Position numbers and translations under genes: made by a program. From an uncultured Chloroflexia bacterium (GTDB taxonomy: Bacteria; Chloroflexota; Limnocylindria; Limnocylindrales; CSP1-4): DNA of 64,000 bases. The stretch covers positions 517,015 through 581,014 of the forward strand of contig CAVSKY010000006.1 in NCBI GenBank assembly GCA_963728745.1. Reading direction: 5' to 3'. The notes beneath the pieces are model-generated. The model ran no database searches. It had not been told where the DNA came from and saw only the letters and a list, made by a program, of their open reading frames with translations. This document shows positions 10,032 to 19,805 of the stretch, piece by piece; the first letter of the stretch is position 1, and each line of letters starts with the position of its first letter.

Positions 10032-11243
10032 CTAACCCAGTCGGCCGACCTCGGCGTAGATGGAGCGAACGTCGGTAGCGACGTCGGCCCAGGTCCGTAG
10101 CCCGGTCGCAGCTCGCTCGCGCGCGGCTGCGACGAGACCCTCGCGGACGGCGTCGTCGCCCCATGCCGTGGCGAGCGCGACGGCCAGGCGGTCACGGTCG
10201 CGCGGCTCGACGAGGATGCCCGCGGTCCCGACCACGTCCGGCAGCGCACCCACGGCCGAGGCGATGACCGGGACGCCGGCGGCGATCGCGTCGAGCGCCA
10301 CGAGCCCGCTCGCTTCCGACGTCACCGGCAGCACGACACCCCTCGACGCCGCCACCACTGCCGCAGCCTCCTCCGCGGGCAGCAGCGGTGCGTAGACCAG
10401 CTGCTCGCCGGCGCCGTGGCGCGCCGCCACGCGGGCAAGCGACGCGCGGTCGTCGGGCGTCGCGTCCAGGACGAGGACGCGCGGCGGCCAGGAACCGTCA
10501 TCCAGATCGGCTGGGCGGCCCGCCCCCGCCAGCGCCGCCAGCGCGGCGACCATGGTCGCGGCGTCCTGGCGGACGTCGTGCCGGCCCGGGTAGACGAGGT
10601 AGCGCTCGCCGAGGCCGAGCCGTTCGGTGATGGCCCTTGCCTGCGCAGCCCGCTGTGCGAGTACCGTCGGGCCGGTGGCGTACGCCGGCCGCGGCGCGAG
10701 CGGCACGACCCGGATCCGATCGCGCCGCAGATGCAGCAGGCGCCGCGCCGCGCGGCCCACCTCGTCGCTTGCCACGAGGACGGCCGCGGCGTCACGCAGC
10801 AGGCGCCCACGCAGCCGCTGACCGAAGCGGGAGGCGGCAGTCCGCTGGAACGCGCGAGGCAGCTCCCACGGCGCGAGGTCGAGCAACGTGGCCACGGTCG
10901 GCAAGCGCGAAGCGATCGGCAGGCCACCGCCGGCGGTGTGATAGACAGCCCCGGCCGCCCCGCTCGACTCGGCTCGCCAGGCGGCACCCACCGACGCCCC
11001 GCGCAACAGGAACGGGTCGATGGTGAGCGCCGCCGAGCGTAGCAAACGGATCGGTGGCAGCAGCCGCCGACCGACGACATCGAGCCGCTCGAAGCGGGTG
11101 GTCGGGTCGTTCTCGTCGCTGGCCAACAGGAACGCGAACGACTCGCCCGGCAGCGGGTCCGCATCGAATGCGCCGAGCAGTCCTTCGAGGTAAGCCGCGG
11201 TCCGCGGCGCGCGGGCAGGCTCCTGGAGTGCCCGCACGTCCAT
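10032..11243 (-). CDS. Glycosyltransferase family 1 (GT4)
   Basis: C-terminal GT4 signature (…ASRGVVLPVTSEASGLVALDAIAAGVPVIASAVGALPDVVG…). The ORF-track call (to 11624, TTG) has ~127 aa of Arg/Pro-rich extension; the likely start is MDVRALQE at ~11243. Confidence 0.8.
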   Translation of the reverse strand: MDVRALQEPARAPRTAAYLEGLLGAFDADPLPGESFAFLLASDENDPTTRFERLDVVGRRLLPPIRLLRSAALTIDPFLLRGASVGAAWRAESSGAAGAVYHTAGGGLPIASRLPTVATLLDLAPWELPRAFQRTAASRFGQRLRGRLLRDAAAVLVASDEVGRAARRLLHLRRDRIRVVPLAPRPAYATGPTVLAQRAAQARAITERLGLGERYLVYPGRHDVRQDAATMVAALAALAGAGRPADLDDGSWPPRVLVLDATPDDRASLARVAARHGAGEQLVYAPLLPAEEAAAVVAASRGVVLPVTSEASGLVALDAIAAGVPVIASAVGALPDVVGTAGILVEPRDRDRLAVALATAWGDDAVREGLVAAARERAATGLRTWADVATDVRSIYAEVGRLG

Positions 11244-11269
11244 CACGACCCGCAGGCCGGCCGCGGCGG

Positions 11270-12034
11270 TCACGTCGTCCGACGCAACGCCCGCAAGCGA
11301 CGCCCGATCTCCTCGAGCCGGAGCTGCACGACGACCACGAGGGCCTCGACGATGATCCGCCGCGACATCTTGCTCTGGCCGACACGCCGATCCCGGAACG
11401 TTATCGGGATCTCGCGGATCCGGGCACCGGCCCGGCTCGCCCGGAACGTCATCTCGATCTGGAAGACATACCCGCCGGCATGGACCCCATCGAACGGGAC
11501 TGCCGCCAGCGTCGCGGCCCGCCAGGCCTTGAAGCCTCCGGTGAGGTCGTGCGCACCGAGGCCCAGGAGCGTGCGCGCGAACAGCGAGCCGCCACGCGAG
11601 ATGAGCCGCCGGCTGATACCCCAATCGACGACGCCGCCTCCGCGCGTATAGCGCGAACCGATGACGAGGTCCGCCGCGCCTTCGACGATCGGGGCGATGA
11701 GGGCCGGCAGGACCGTCGGGTCGTGGCTGAAGTCCGCGTCCATCTGGACGACGATCTCGGACCCGCTTTCGAGCGCGATCGAGAAACCGTCGAGATACGC
11801 TCGGCCGAGCCCTTGCTTGGCAGCCCGATGCCTGACCCGGATCCGCTTGTCGGCGGCGGCGAGCTCGTCGGCGATCTGGCCGGTCCCGTCGGGCGACCCG
11901 TCGTCGACGACCAGCAACATCGCCCCCGGTAACGCTGCAAGGATCGCCTGCGTCACGGGCCGGATGTTGTCGGCTTCGTCGTAGGTCGGCAGGACGACCC
12001 AGGTCCCAGCGCCTTGGGCGCCCTCGCTGGTCAT
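11270..12034 (-). CDS. Polyprenol-phosphate mannosyltransferase (GT2, dolichol-phosphate-mannose synthase/Ppm1-like)
   Basis: WVVLPTYDEADNI…LLVVDDGSPDGT…DADFSHDP motifs of GT2 Dpm1/Ppm1. Start MTSEGAQ at ~12034 (ORF-track 12157). Confidence 0.85.
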   Translation of the reverse strand: MTSEGAQGAGTWVVLPTYDEADNIRPVTQAILAALPGAMLLVVDDGSPDGTGQIADELAAADKRIRVRHRAAKQGLGRAYLDGFSIALESGSEIVVQMDADFSHDPTVLPALIAPIVEGAADLVIGSRYTRGGGVVDWGISRRLISRGGSLFARTLLGLGAHDLTGGFKAWRAATLAAVPFDGVHAGGYVFQIEMTFRASRAGARIREIPITFRDRRVGQSKMSRRIIVEALVVVVQLRLEEIGRRLRALRRTT

Positions 12035-12062
12035 GGCCGGCAGTGTAGTGGCGGCTCCGGCC

Positions 12063-14582
12063 TCAATGGGCCTGGACCACGACGGTCCGGGCCGACCAGG
12101 TCGAGCCGACCCAGCTCCGTGCCCAGACGACGACCCGGTAACGGCCTGGAGAGACATATGCCCCAGCGGCGGTCCGTCCGTTCCAGTTCCACGCGTGCAC
12201 GCCGGTCGAGAACGAACGGTCGGTCCAGACCGTTCGCACCAGCGTGCTACCGCGATAGATCTTCACCGTCAGCACCGCCGCGCGCCGGATGTCGATCCGG
12301 ATCTGACTGCGCTGCCGAGCGCGCGGGTCGAACGAGCCGTCCGTCCAGCGGACCGAGCGGATCGTCCGGTCGACGACGACCGTGGTGTTGCTGACGGTCC
12401 GGTTGCCGGCGCGGTCGCGGCCGTCGACCTGGTAGGCGTAGCGGCCGTCCTTGACGATCCGCCCGTCGCTACCACGGCCGTCCCACGTCGCGGCCCACGA
12501 CGAGCGGACGCCGAACGCCCACCGGCGCAGCACCTTGCCGTCCCGGTCGCGGATGCGCACGGCACCCGTGACGGACTCGTTCGTCGACCACGACAGGCGG
12601 ACGCTGTCGGACAGGCCGTTGCCGTCAGGGGTGACGAAGGCACGCGATGCCCTTGGGGCGACGGTCGCCGCGCGCTTGTCGACCGTGACCGTGAACGCGC
12701 GCTGGGAACGGTTCGCCGACACGTCCTCTGCCCACAACGTGACGCGGTAGGTGCCGTCGGGGACGACCGCACCTGTCGAATCCTTGCCGTTCCAGGTGAA
12801 TGCGGGCGCCTTGCCGGCGACGGTGCCGCCGCGCAGGCTCGAGCCGAGCGTGGTCCCGCTGACCGCCTGGACGCGGTAGCCCCACCGGATCAGGCCGGTG
12901 GCCGTCATCCGCGCCGTCGTCGTGTCAAGCATGCCGTCCCCGTTCGGTGAGAACACCGAAGTCGAGACGGACCCACCCGAGATGGCCGGCGAGACGGTGT
13001 CGTCGATGAACTTCATCTTGATCGCGCCCCACAGCTCGGGCCGGGTCCCGTCATAGCCGAGTGCCCAGATCCCGGCCCCGCGCAGGTTGAAGCGGTTGAC
13101 CACGTCGTACTTGGCGCGCAGCGCCGGGGCGTCGTCCACGTACAACTGCCGCCACGGGTTCACGCAGCCGTACGTCGTCGTGCAGTGCTGCCGGCGATAG
13201 ACGGTCCAGGCGACCTGCTCCGTCGTGTCGTAGCGCTTGCCGTGCTGCTCGAAGAACGGGACCGCGCTCGTGTAGATGACCGCGGATGAGGCTCCGAACT
13301 TCGTGCCGCTGATGTTCTTTGCGTGCGCGAGGTTGGTCGCGGTCGACCAGGCGCGACCGTAATACGGCACCCCGAGGATCAGCTTGGACGGCGACACGCG
13401 CGCCGCGTAGGCGGCCACGGTGTCACGGATGTCGTAGCCCGACCGCGACAGCGGCGCAACGCTCCCGACGGGGCTGCTGCTGGCACCGCGGTAGTCGTAG
13501 CCCATGATGAAGATCGCGTCGGCGCCACCGGGCGCCGTGGCGGCCTCGATCGGGTAGTTGCCGATGAAGCCGGTCGTGTCGAATGTGAGCTGATAGCCCT
13601 TGCGCACCCGGTTGAGCTCGGTGCGGATCGTCCGAACGAGCGCCGTGAATCGGCTTTCCGAGCCTGCGACGAGTGGCTCGAAATCGAGGTTTACGCCATC
13701 CGCGCCCCGGTCGCGCACGGCGGCCGCGATCTGCCGAGCCAGGCGCAGGCGGGCCGTCGAGCTGCCGAGCAACGCCTTCTGGCGGGCCTTGCCTGACGAG
13801 TTCCAGGCAAAGCTCTGTACGGTCAGGACGACGCGCGTGCTGTTCGCGTGGGCGGCGTTGAGGATCGAAGTCATCCGGGCGCTGGTCCAGCCGCCCCAAC
13901 CGGTCGTGATCGTGCCGTTGGCGTTGCGCTTCAACAGGTTCCCGGCCGAGTCGGTGCCGACCCCGAAGTAGGCGATCGTCGAGACCTTGTCGTACTGGAT
14001 CCGCAACGTGCTGGAGTGGAGCTGCCAGTACGGCAGGAAGCCGAACACCTCGCGTCGCAGCGCGCCTGGGTCGACGCGGGCCTGCGGAGCGAGCGCCTCC
14101 GGGTCCGACGACGGCGCCCACCCCGCGGCAGTCGCGTCCACGACGGAACCCGGATCGACGATCGGCTGGTCGATGCTCGGATCCGGTGTCGGAGACTCCG
14201 GCACGGGTTCGATGGACGGCGCTGTCGACGGCTCCGTCGACGGCTGGTCGGCGGGCGCTGGATCGACGGGCGGCGTGCGATCCGGCGCCTCGCGCTGTTC
14301 GGTCGGCAGGGCCTCGCGCAGCTGCTTCCCGTCGAGTCGGCCGGCCGGGAGCCGTTGCGGAGCGAGCCCGCCGACCCGCCAGCGGTCCGTCGAGCGCGGC
14401 GTGAACCCGACCGTGACCCGACCGCCCGGCGTGAACGAGATGCGGTCGCTTGCGTGCGCCTTGGCGTCCTCCCAGTGGATGGACGGCTCGAGCCCCGCCG
14501 CGGCACCCGATGCCCATGCCCGACCCGGTGCGGCCGCGACGACCGCGGCGGACTGGGCGACCAGGAGGACCGTGAGACCCAT
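12063..14582 (-). CDS. Secreted glycoside hydrolase family 18-like protein with C-terminal FlgD-Ig-like/Ig-fold repeat modules
   Basis: Signal peptide MGLTVLLVAQSAAVVAAAPG and a Pro-rich linker. The GH18 core carries DGVNLDFE, a DxxDxDxE variant with the middle Asp replaced by Asn. It is followed by three or more repeated ~90-aa modules (SPNGDGMLDTT…, TPDGNGLSDSV…, VKDGRYAYQVDG…). Confidence 0.75.
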   Translation of the reverse strand: MGLTVLLVAQSAAVVAAAPGRAWASGAAAGLEPSIHWEDAKAHASDRISFTPGGRVTVGFTPRSTDRWRVGGLAPQRLPAGRLDGKQLREALPTEQREAPDRTPPVDPAPADQPSTEPSTAPSIEPVPESPTPDPSIDQPIVDPGSVVDATAAGWAPSSDPEALAPQARVDPGALRREVFGFLPYWQLHSSTLRIQYDKVSTIAYFGVGTDSAGNLLKRNANGTITTGWGGWTSARMTSILNAAHANSTRVVLTVQSFAWNSSGKARQKALLGSSTARLRLARQIAAAVRDRGADGVNLDFEPLVAGSESRFTALVRTIRTELNRVRKGYQLTFDTTGFIGNYPIEAATAPGGADAIFIMGYDYRGASSSPVGSVAPLSRSGYDIRDTVAAYAARVSPSKLILGVPYYGRAWSTATNLAHAKNISGTKFGASSAVIYTSAVPFFEQHGKRYDTTEQVAWTVYRRQHCTTTYGCVNPWRQLYVDDAPALRAKYDVVNRFNLRGAGIWALGYDGTRPELWGAIKMKFIDDTVSPAISGGSVSTSVFSPNGDGMLDTTTARMTATGLIRWGYRVQAVSGTTLGSSLRGGTVAGKAPAFTWNGKDSTGAVVPDGTYRVTLWAEDVSANRSQRAFTVTVDKRAATVAPRASRAFVTPDGNGLSDSVRLSWSTNESVTGAVRIRDRDGKVLRRWAFGVRSSWAATWDGRGSDGRIVKDGRYAYQVDGRDRAGNRTVSNTTVVVDRTIRSVRWTDGSFDPRARQRSQIRIDIRRAAVLTVKIYRGSTLVRTVWTDRSFSTGVHAWNWNGRTAAGAYVSPGRYRVVVWARSWVGSTWSARTVVVQAH

Positions 14583-14793
14583 CGCCGCGAAGGCGATCCT
14601 GGGCGTCGGCGCAGACGGGCGGCGGGTGGGGACGGGCACGGCGCAACCTCGGCAGTTCGGACCGCTGACGCTACGCCGCGACCATGCCATAAGCAAGGCG
14701 CTGAAGGTCCCGGCACGGACCGGTACGGAGTGGTCCGGTGGCGTGCGGGGCGGTCAGCCGGGAGGTCCGCGCACCAGCCCGGACCGCGCGGTC

Positions 14794-17112
14794 CTAGCGG
14801 AGCGGGATCGCGACGCTCGAGCGCTGGGCGACGCCGTTGGCGTCGAGGGCGGCGACCTTGAAGGTCACGGTCCCGGCGCTGCCACCGGTCTTCATGGTGA
14901 CCGTGGCGCGGTAGGTCAGCCCAGTGGTTCTCGTCATCGCCACGGACCACGTCGCCTTGCCGGGTTGCGTGACGTACAACCGCGGTGTCGTGTCCAGCGA
15001 CTCGGCGGATACGGCCGTGACCGTGATCGACCGGCCTCGCGTCGCCGCGGTGGCGGATGGACGGACGCTGAACGCGGCCATCTCGAACGCGACGGCCTGG
15101 CTCCACGTGACAGTCCCGTCCGTGGCGGTCACATGCGACGTGTAGCGCCCGGTCGGCAGCAGCGAACCATCCGCCCGCTTGCCGTAGAACGTCCGACCGA
15201 TGGCGCCGGCCGCCATCGACTCGTCCTGCGCGAGCGTCTCGACGACGTCGCCCGTCGCGTTCCGGATCGTCCAGGTGACGGTGGCCGCTCGGTGGAGCGT
15301 GAACGACAGCCGCGATCCGACGGCGAGGTTGTCGAGGTCGTGCGGGTAGAACAGGGTCTTGGATGTGCCCACGGAGCCGAGCAGCGCCGCGACGCCGAAC
15401 CCACGGATCACCCCGGTGCCGGTATTGCCTGCGACGTCGCGCGGTGTGAGCCGGACGTCGTATCGGCCATCGGGGACGACGTGGCCGTCGTTGTCCTTGC
15501 CGTCCCAGCTGACCGCGACCGAACCGGCCGACGCCGCCGACACGCTGAAGGAACGGACGCCGTCACCCGCCTCGTTCCTGACGTAGACGAGGACGGATCC
15601 ACCTTCGGTCGTGGTGGCGCTGAGCGCTACCGTCTCGCGGACGCCATCGCCGTTGGGCGAGAACCATGTCTCCGTGTCGGCAGCCGGCGTGGCGATGTCC
15701 AGCGTCGGCGCGGCCGTGTCCACCCGGATCGAGCCGCTCCGTGTCCCGGCGTTGGTCCAGGGGTCGACGACGTCGATCCGATAGGTATACGTCCCGTCGG
15801 CCACCGGGTTGCCGCCGGCGTCCCGTCCGTCCCAGGTCGTGGTCGGATGTGCGCCCTCACCGGTCGTCTCGTGCAGGGTGGCGTCGGCGCTGTCCAGGAC
15901 GCGGAAGCGCCACGAGGCCGACTCGGACAGGCTGGCGGACAGCTCGACGGTCTCGGATCGGTCGTCATCGTTCGGCGAGACGAGCGGGGCGGCCGGACTG
16001 ACGGCGATGATGCGCGGCGACGCGCTGTCGCGCGCAGCCAGGTCGGGACCCCGCATCACGCCGTCGAGGGCGGCGTCGTCCAGCCCTTCGACCTCGTAGA
16101 GTGCGGCGCCGCCCGGGCCCACCGCTGCCGACCGCGCCAGCACCCGCAGGCGGGTACCGGCGGCCTGGGGCGAAGCCGCGTCGGCGTTGCCCGCAGCGGC
16201 GGTCGCAGCGTCGGGATAGAGCCACGCACCTGCGGTCACGACGGCGGCGTTGCCCGGCACGACCAGCGTGGTGGGATGGCGACCGGTGTCGACCGTGCCG
16301 GTGACCATCGTGGTCGTGAGGACGGGATCCGTGACGAGCGATCGGTAGTAGCCGCTCGAGGTGGCCTCCGGGTCCATCAGTGAGCGGACACCGCTCGTCC
16401 TGGTCGAGGTGAACGCGCTGAAGTGGCCGTTGTTGCCCGGGGCGGACCGCCACATCGACTCGATCGTCTGATCGGTCGTGAACAGCGCCCGGAGGTAGTC
16501 CGCCGGCCCGCGGTGCCCATCGGCCAGCACCGCCTGGGCACGCGTCTGGAGGAACGCGGCTGCGTAGTTGCTGATCCGCTGGCGCGCGACGCCCACCGAC
16601 GGCCCGGCGTGCCCAGGCTCGGAGTTGCCCGACGCGTAGCACAGGTGATGGAGCATCACGATCGCATTGGGCGCGAGATCGAGCGTCCGGACGTACGGCT
16701 CACCGTAGTAGCGGTTCTCGTTGTCCGACAGCCGGCCGTCACCGTTGGAGTCGTAGTTGAGGCCGAAGCCATCCTTCGTCGTGTAGTTCGGATCATAGGT
16801 GTACGGGCTGGGCCAGCCGTTGCCGTGCCCGAAGTAGATCACCACGGATGCCCCGACGGCGGCCGACTTGACCCGCGACCACGTCGCATTCGGGCTGTAG
16901 ATCTTGACGACGTTCGGGGTGTGCCGGATGGCCTCCGCGTATGCCGCATCGGCGTGTCGTCGGTAGGTGGCGGTGACACCATGCGTCGCGCCGACGATGA
17001 TCACGACTTTGGCCGGGCTGGATGCCGCGGCCGCGCTGAGGGCGGGCGCGCTCGTGAGCGTGCCGGCGACGGCGGTCAGGGCGATGACGATGGCAGCGAG
17101 GAGTCGGTGCAC
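14794..17112 (-). CDS. Secreted multidomain protein: N-terminal caspase-like (clan CD-type His…Cys dyad) putative peptidase domain plus several FlgD-Ig-like repeat modules
   Basis: Signal peptide MHRLLAAIVIALTAVAGTLTSAPALSA. The dyad is VVIYFGHGNG … IVMLHHLCYASGNS (His-Gly and hydrophobic-x-Cys after beta-strands). Downstream modules repeat the same motifs (SPNGDGVRETV, DGKDNDGHVVPDGRYDV, VADGTYTYRIDV). Confidence 0.6.
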   Translation of the reverse strand: MHRLLAAIVIALTAVAGTLTSAPALSAAAASSPAKVVIIVGATHGVTATYRRHADAAYAEAIRHTPNVVKIYSPNATWSRVKSAAVGASVVIYFGHGNGWPSPYTYDPNYTTKDGFGLNYDSNGDGRLSDNENRYYGEPYVRTLDLAPNAIVMLHHLCYASGNSEPGHAGPSVGVARQRISNYAAAFLQTRAQAVLADGHRGPADYLRALFTTDQTIESMWRSAPGNNGHFSAFTSTRTSGVRSLMDPEATSSGYYRSLVTDPVLTTTMVTGTVDTGRHPTTLVVPGNAAVVTAGAWLYPDAATAAAGNADAASPQAAGTRLRVLARSAAVGPGGAALYEVEGLDDAALDGVMRGPDLAARDSASPRIIAVSPAAPLVSPNDDDRSETVELSASLSESASWRFRVLDSADATLHETTGEGAHPTTTWDGRDAGGNPVADGTYTYRIDVVDPWTNAGTRSGSIRVDTAAPTLDIATPAADTETWFSPNGDGVRETVALSATTTEGGSVLVYVRNEAGDGVRSFSVSAASAGSVAVSWDGKDNDGHVVPDGRYDVRLTPRDVAGNTGTGVIRGFGVAALLGSVGTSKTLFYPHDLDNLAVGSRLSFTLHRAATVTWTIRNATGDVVETLAQDESMAAGAIGRTFYGKRADGSLLPTGRYTSHVTATDGTVTWSQAVAFEMAAFSVRPSATAATRGRSITVTAVSAESLDTTPRLYVTQPGKATWSVAMTRTTGLTYRATVTMKTGGSAGTVTFKVAALDANGVAQRSSVAIPLR

Positions 17113-17266
17113 GGGGCTCCGCAGACTGGGGAGTTACGGGACCAGTGCAGCGTCGCGGGCGCGCGGCATCCGCTCTATCGCAGGATGGTCCCGAGCGTGC
17201 TAGCCACATCAGTGGGCGGCGACGGGACGTGCGGTGCCCCTCGGTACGGAAGAGGGCAGTCGGCCG

Positions 17267-17851
17267 CTAGCCGGCGCCCGCCCGTAGCTCCGCCACAAGC
17301 GCTTCGAGCGACGGGTTCGTGCGGTCCCGCGTGGACAGGATCGGGCGGCTATCCGGGGCCGCCCGCACGTCGGGCCACGGGACGGCGGCGACCGGATCGT
17401 CCCAGGCGAAGCCCCGTTCGTCACTGCCGTCGTACTCGTTCGTCACGAGGTAGAGCAGCTCGACCGGGTCGAGCGCCAGGAACCCGTGGGCGACACCGGC
17501 CGGGATCTCGACCCAGTCGTCCGCCGAGAGCTCGCGCGTCTCCACGCCTGGTCGCGGGGCACCGGCGAGCATGGGCCGCACATCGACCAGGGCGATGAAC
17601 GCCCGGCCGGTCGCGATGACCCAGCGGTCGAGCTGCCGCCGATGGACGTGCAGCCCGCGCAGGACGCCGGCGGCCGACGTCGACAGATTGGCCTGGACGA
17701 AGCGAGGCTTCGCGTCCGAAGCCGCTCCGGCATGACCGGGGTCGATCCGGCCGACGGTCGACTCCCGCCACAGCTCGCGGAACGCGCCGCGCTCGTCGGC
17801 GTGGCGCTGCACGGTGCCGTACCGGACGCCCGGGATCCGCGATGCCGTCAC
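17267..17851 (-). CDS. rfbC: dTDP-4-dehydrorhamnose 3,5-epimerase
   Basis: RmlC cupin motifs (…ERGAFRELW…QANLSTSAAGVLRGLHVH…). Likely GTG start at ~17851, overlapping the rfbD stop. Confidence 0.85.
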   Translation of the reverse strand: MTASRIPGVRYGTVQRHADERGAFRELWRESTVGRIDPGHAGAASDAKPRFVQANLSTSAAGVLRGLHVHRRQLDRWVIATGRAFIALVDVRPMLAGAPRPGVETRELSADDWVEIPAGVAHGFLALDPVELLYLVTNEYDGSDERGFAWDDPVAAVPWPDVRAAPDSRPILSTRDRTNPSLEALVAELRAGAG

Positions 17852-18756
17852 GGGTCGCCGGCCCCAGCGCGCCGCCGTCGCAGGAGCGGGATGTAGTCGG
17901 CGAGCGCCGCCTGCCAAGGGCGCATCGCCTCGCCGCTCGGCAGCGGCGTCGGTTCGAGCACGCCCCACGTTGGCGGTGTCGACGCTCGCGTCCAGGCCGA
18001 TGCCGGCACGTCCTCGATCGCGACGTCCGAGCGGATCTGCCGGAACAGTTCGCGTGCCCAGTCGGCGCGTGACGCGACGCCGGCGTTGACGACGTGGTGG
18101 ATGCGTCGGACCTCGTCGTTCGCGATCAGGTCGACGATCGCGTCGGCGAGGTCGTTCGCGTACGTGGGCGACGCAAACTCATCGGCGACGACTCGGAGTG
18201 GTCGGCCATCCTGGGTCGCCCGTTCGGCCGCGGCGAGGATCTTGGTCGGGAAGTCGTCGCCCGGTGGCCCGTAGAGCCAGCTCGTCCGGACGATGCCGAG
18301 GCGTGCCAGCTGCCCGTCGTAGGCGGCGGAAGCCGCGACCTCGCCGGCGTGCTTGGAGCGGCCGTACTCGTTCAGCGGCTCGCAGCGGTCGCCGGGGCCA
18401 TACCCTCGATCGTGGTCGCGCCTGCCGTCGAAGACCTCGTTGGTGCTGAGGTACACGAGGTCGACCCTGCGCGCGGCGGCGGCTTGGGCGAGCAGCCGGG
18501 TCGCCTCACCGTTCCTGCGCAGCGCGAGCTCCGGGTCTCGGGCGCACCCGTCGACGTCCGTCCACGCTGCGGCGTGGACGACGACCTCCGGTCGATCGCG
18601 CCCAAGGAGATCGTCGATGGCGACGGGCGCGTCGAGGTCGAAGTCCGCGCGGGTCCAGGCGATCGGGCCCGATGGCCCCGTGAATGGGGCATCGCCCAGC
18701 GCCGCGATCAGGGCTCGCCCCAGACGCCCGTTCGCGCCGGTGACGGCGACGCGCAT
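17848..18756 (-). CDS. rfbD: dTDP-4-dehydrorhamnose reductase
   Basis: MRVAVTGANGRLGRAL…YGRSKHAGE… The ORF-track call has 27 extra N-terminal residues. Confidence 0.85.
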   Translation of the reverse strand: MRVAVTGANGRLGRALIAALGDAPFTGPSGPIAWTRADFDLDAPVAIDDLLGRDRPEVVVHAAAWTDVDGCARDPELALRRNGEATRLLAQAAAARRVDLVYLSTNEVFDGRRDHDRGYGPGDRCEPLNEYGRSKHAGEVAASAAYDGQLARLGIVRTSWLYGPPGDDFPTKILAAAERATQDGRPLRVVADEFASPTYANDLADAIVDLIANDEVRRIHHVVNAGVASRADWARELFRQIRSDVAIEDVPASAWTRASTPPTWGVLEPTPLPSGEAMRPWQAALADYIPLLRRRRAGAGDP

Positions 18757-19805
18757 CAGCCGGCGGACCGCAACCGCGATCCGTACTGCCGCTCGTAGTA
18801 CGCGTCCCACTCGCCGGATCGAGCTGCGCGCCACCACGCCTGGTTGGCCAGGAACCAGTCGACCGTGGCAGCCAACCCGTCGTCGAAGGACACCTTCGGT
18901 CGCCAGCCCAGCGCCGCGATCCTGTTGCCGTCCATCGCGTACCGACGGTCATGCCCGGGGCGGTCCTCGACGTGGCGCACGAGCGACCACGGCTTGCCGA
19001 GCCGGTCGAGCAGGAGGCGGACGGTGTCGCGGTTCGCCATCTCGGTGCCGCCCGGGATGTTGTACGTCTCCCCCGCGACGCCGTGGCGGAGCACGTGGTC
19101 GACCGCGTCGGCGTGGTCGGCGACGTACAGCCAGTCCCGCCGCTGGAGCCCATCGCCGTACAGCGGCAGCGGCAGGTCGTCGATGGCGTTGGTGATGAAC
19201 AGGGGGATGAGCTTCTCGGGATGGTGGTACGGCCCGTACGTGTTCGAGCCGCGGGTCACGACCGCGTCCAGACCGTGCGTCACGACGTAGCTGCGCACCA
19301 GCAGCTCGCCGGCGGCCTTCGCCGCCGCATAGGGCGAGCGCGGCGCGAGGGCATCCCTTTCGCGCGAGCTGCCTTCCTCGATGGAGCCATATACCTCGTC
19401 GGTCGAGACCTGCAGGAACCTCGGCCGGTGGCTCGCGACACGACAGGCTTCCAGCAGCACATGCACCCCGATGACGCCGGTCCGCAGGAACGCCTCCGGG
19501 TCGAGGATCGAGCGGTCGACGTGCGATTCCGCGGCGAAATTGATGACTGCATCGGCCTCGGCAACGAGCGGTCCGACGACGTCGGGGTCGGCGATGTCGC
19601 CCTTCACGAAACGGAAGCGATCCGACTGCTCCGGATCGGCGTTGACGGACGCGAGGTTCGACTCGTTGCCCGCGTAGGTCAGCTTGTCCAGCACGGTCAT
19701 CCGGGTCCCATCACGCCTCGCCAGGACGTCGCGGACGTAGCACGAACCGATGAAGCCGGCGCCGCCCGTGACGAGCAGCCGCTTGTGGCCGCTGCGACCG
19801 GTCAC
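18756..19805 (-). CDS. rfbB: dTDP-glucose 4,6-dehydratase
   Basis: LLVTGGAGFIGS…YAAAKAAGELLV…NIPGGTE: the SDR extended-family RmlB signature. Confidence 0.9.
   Translation of the reverse strand: MTGRSGHKRLLVTGGAGFIGSCYVRDVLARRDGTRMTVLDKLTYAGNESNLASVNADPEQSDRFRFVKGDIADPDVVGPLVAEADAVINFAAESHVDRSILDPEAFLRTGVIGVHVLLEACRVASHRPRFLQVSTDEVYGSIEEGSSRERDALAPRSPYAAAKAAGELLVRSYVVTHGLDAVVTRGSNTYGPYHHPEKLIPLFITNAIDDLPLPLYGDGLQRRDWLYVADHADAVDHVLRHGVAGETYNIPGGTEMANRDTVRLLLDRLGKPWSLVRHVEDRPGHDRRYAMDGNRIAALGWRPKVSFDDGLAATVDWFLANQAWWRAARSGEWDAYYERQYGSRLRSAG

Noticed and set aside
13423-16383. Large ORFs 13423..14646 (-), 13848..14861 (+) and 13987..16383 (+, 798 aa)
   Set aside because: Low-complexity Arg/Gly-rich translations overlapping the two secreted-protein genes. 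They are artefacts of GC-rich third positions.
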